Positions 31,665 through 32,837 of a stretch of DNA of 32,837 nt are shown here, one piece after another. How positions within the stretch are numbered: the stretch's first letter is position 1; each line of letters opens with the position of its first letter. The notes beneath the pieces were generated by a model that saw only the letters and a program-made list of their open reading frames with translations, searched no databases and was not told the DNA's origin. The DNA is taken from the IMG/VR virus record IMGVR_UViG_3300025608_000002, positions 1 through 32,837 of that record. The stretch is one strand, 5' to 3'. The position numbers were made by a program, and so were the translations under genes. The DNA comes from a virus (taxonomy: Duplodnaviria; Caudoviricetes).

Positions 31665-32837
31665 CTACTTTAGTGAATGGCGTCTTGCCATTAAAATAAT
31701 ACCTTTGCTCTTTCATACTAAATGTTATCTCGTTTATCTCCTGTGGAATACCGACTAATTTCTGTTTCTTAATCTTCTGTGACCCAAAGGTAACTAAAGT
31801 CGAGCTAAATTCCAAAGCCCTGTCTGGTCGCCATATAAACATCACATTGTCAGCCTTATCAGCAAAAGTACCCCCACCCTTTATTCTATTGACGTCAGGC
31901 TTAATATAACGACCTTCTTCAGTCTTTGTTGGCGTAACCTGATGCGCCACTAAATGTACTGATATTTTCTGATCTAAGGCAAAACGCTTTAGCTCTGACA
32001 TAAACCTAGAGATGTATAAATCCTCTCTTTCGCCAGAACGTAACTTATGCTGAATCGTATTGTATGGGTCAATGATTAAACTCCTGATACCTTTAGTTTT
32101 TACTAGATACTTTGCTCTTTCGAATATACTGCTTAGTTCAAAGTTCTTCTTAGGATAAATGATATAGAAATGCTTATTCACAAAATCCATAGCCTCTTTA
32201 TACTCCTTTTTACTCATCTGTATATTCTTGTGATGAGGGTCTGCTGAACGACCAACATACATCTCAATAATATCGTTAAAGAAGTCATTGATGGGCATAT
32301 TCTCTGGGCTAAATACAGCAAACTTCCATCCATCCATAGCAGCCTTAAGGGTCGCCAATTGGTTAAGGAATAATGTCTTTCCTTCGTTCTGATAGCCTGT
32401 CCAAATATTCACCTCACCATTTCTCCACGTCCACGCCTTATCAACTTCTGGAATGTAAGTTGTCGTTCCTCTCTCCTGACCATTGTGAAATCCATCGATC
32501 ATAGATTCAGCTACATCATCTACACAAAAAACACCCTCTATCTTAGGGCTAGAAGCTATTTTAAGGCGTTTCTGGAGACTTTCTACTCCTTCGGCTACTA
32601 GAACCTCATTTGCATCCTTAAACGGCTTTAAATCGACTAATAAGCATTTCTCTGCTCCAAACCGTCTAACCAACTCTTCCTGTAGGTTTCTACCGTTCTC
32701 ATCTTCATCGGTAGCAATGTATATTCTTTTAGCTTCTTCAAACACATCATAGCAGTTGCTTATGCACTCTAGCTTCTTATCTACGTTTTTATCATTACTG
32801 TTTGGCGCACCCATATTCACAGAAGTATGGTATGTTA
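31609..32837 (-). CDS. Primase-helicase, C-terminal part (end of TOPRIM plus DnaB-like helicase)
   Basis: IYIATDEDENG, FKDANE, WTGYQNEGKT (Walker A), LIIDPYN, LVAHQ, IKGGGTFADKAD. Confidence 0.93.
   Translation of the reverse strand, partial: TYHTSVNMGAPNSNDKNVDKKLECISNCYDVFEEAKRIYIATDEDENGRNLQEELVRRFGAEKCLLVDLKPFKDANEVLVAEGVESLQKRLKIASSPKIEGVFCVDDVAESMIDGFHNGQERGTTTYIPEVDKAWTWRNGEVNIWTGYQNEGKTLFLNQLATLKAAMDGWKFAVFSPENMPINDFFNDIIEMYVGRSADPHHKNIQMSKKEYKEAMDFVNKHFYIIYPKKNFELSSIFERAKYLVKTKGIRSLIIDPYNTIQHKLRSGEREDLYISRFMSELKRFALDQKISVHLVAHQVTPTKTEEGRYIKPDVNRIKGGGTFADKADNVMFIWRPDRALEFSSTLVTFGSQKIKKQKLVGIPQEINEITFSMKEQRYYFNGKTPFTKVDELRTGHKSNVTDLDQIW
32711..32837. repeat. Terminal direct repeat, copy 2
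   Basis: Identical to 1-127. Confidence 0.97.

Noticed and set aside
1-32837. tRNA genes, integrase/att site, stop-codon reassignment
   Set aside because: No cloverleaf or recombinase seen by eye; standard-code ORFs tile the genome and use TAA, TAG and TGA as stops

Overview
This window looks like a complete, circularly permuted dsDNA tailed-phage genome of about 32,710 bp. The first and last 127 bp are identical (assembly overlap) and cut the primase-helicase gene in two. Every credible gene is on the - strand. The host is almost certainly Bacteroidota (probably Flavobacteriia), because several TTTG-N18-20-TAnnTTTG housekeeping promoters precede genes. In transcription order the modules are: replication/recombination (ERF, SSB, HTH, T7 gp4/Twinkle-like primase-helicase, RusA, ECF sigma factor, RecE-like nuclease, DnaA-domain-IV protein; no recognisable DNA polymerase or integrase), terminase with an HNH insertion, an insulated accessory operon, tail genes, head genes, tail fibres and lysis. 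The most interesting material is non-coding and lies at 21.7-25.3 kb. (1) A ~75-nt ORF-free promoter-to-terminator RNA is antisense to a translation-initiation-like sequence, is complementary to a leader motif repeated in the phage's own accessory operon, and sits next to a putative Sm-like/WYL_2 gene. (2) A flavobacterial Fur-box-like palindrome lies upstream of that operon, which encodes a putative Fe-S (GP88-like) protein and Cys-rich peptides. (3) The same region has a perfect 34-bp palindrome and a 4x 13-bp repeat array. Elsewhere there are twin origin-like elements, AAC-N16-GTTA candidate late promoters and a -1 frameshift cassette. Family assignments come from motif recognition only; no searches were run.
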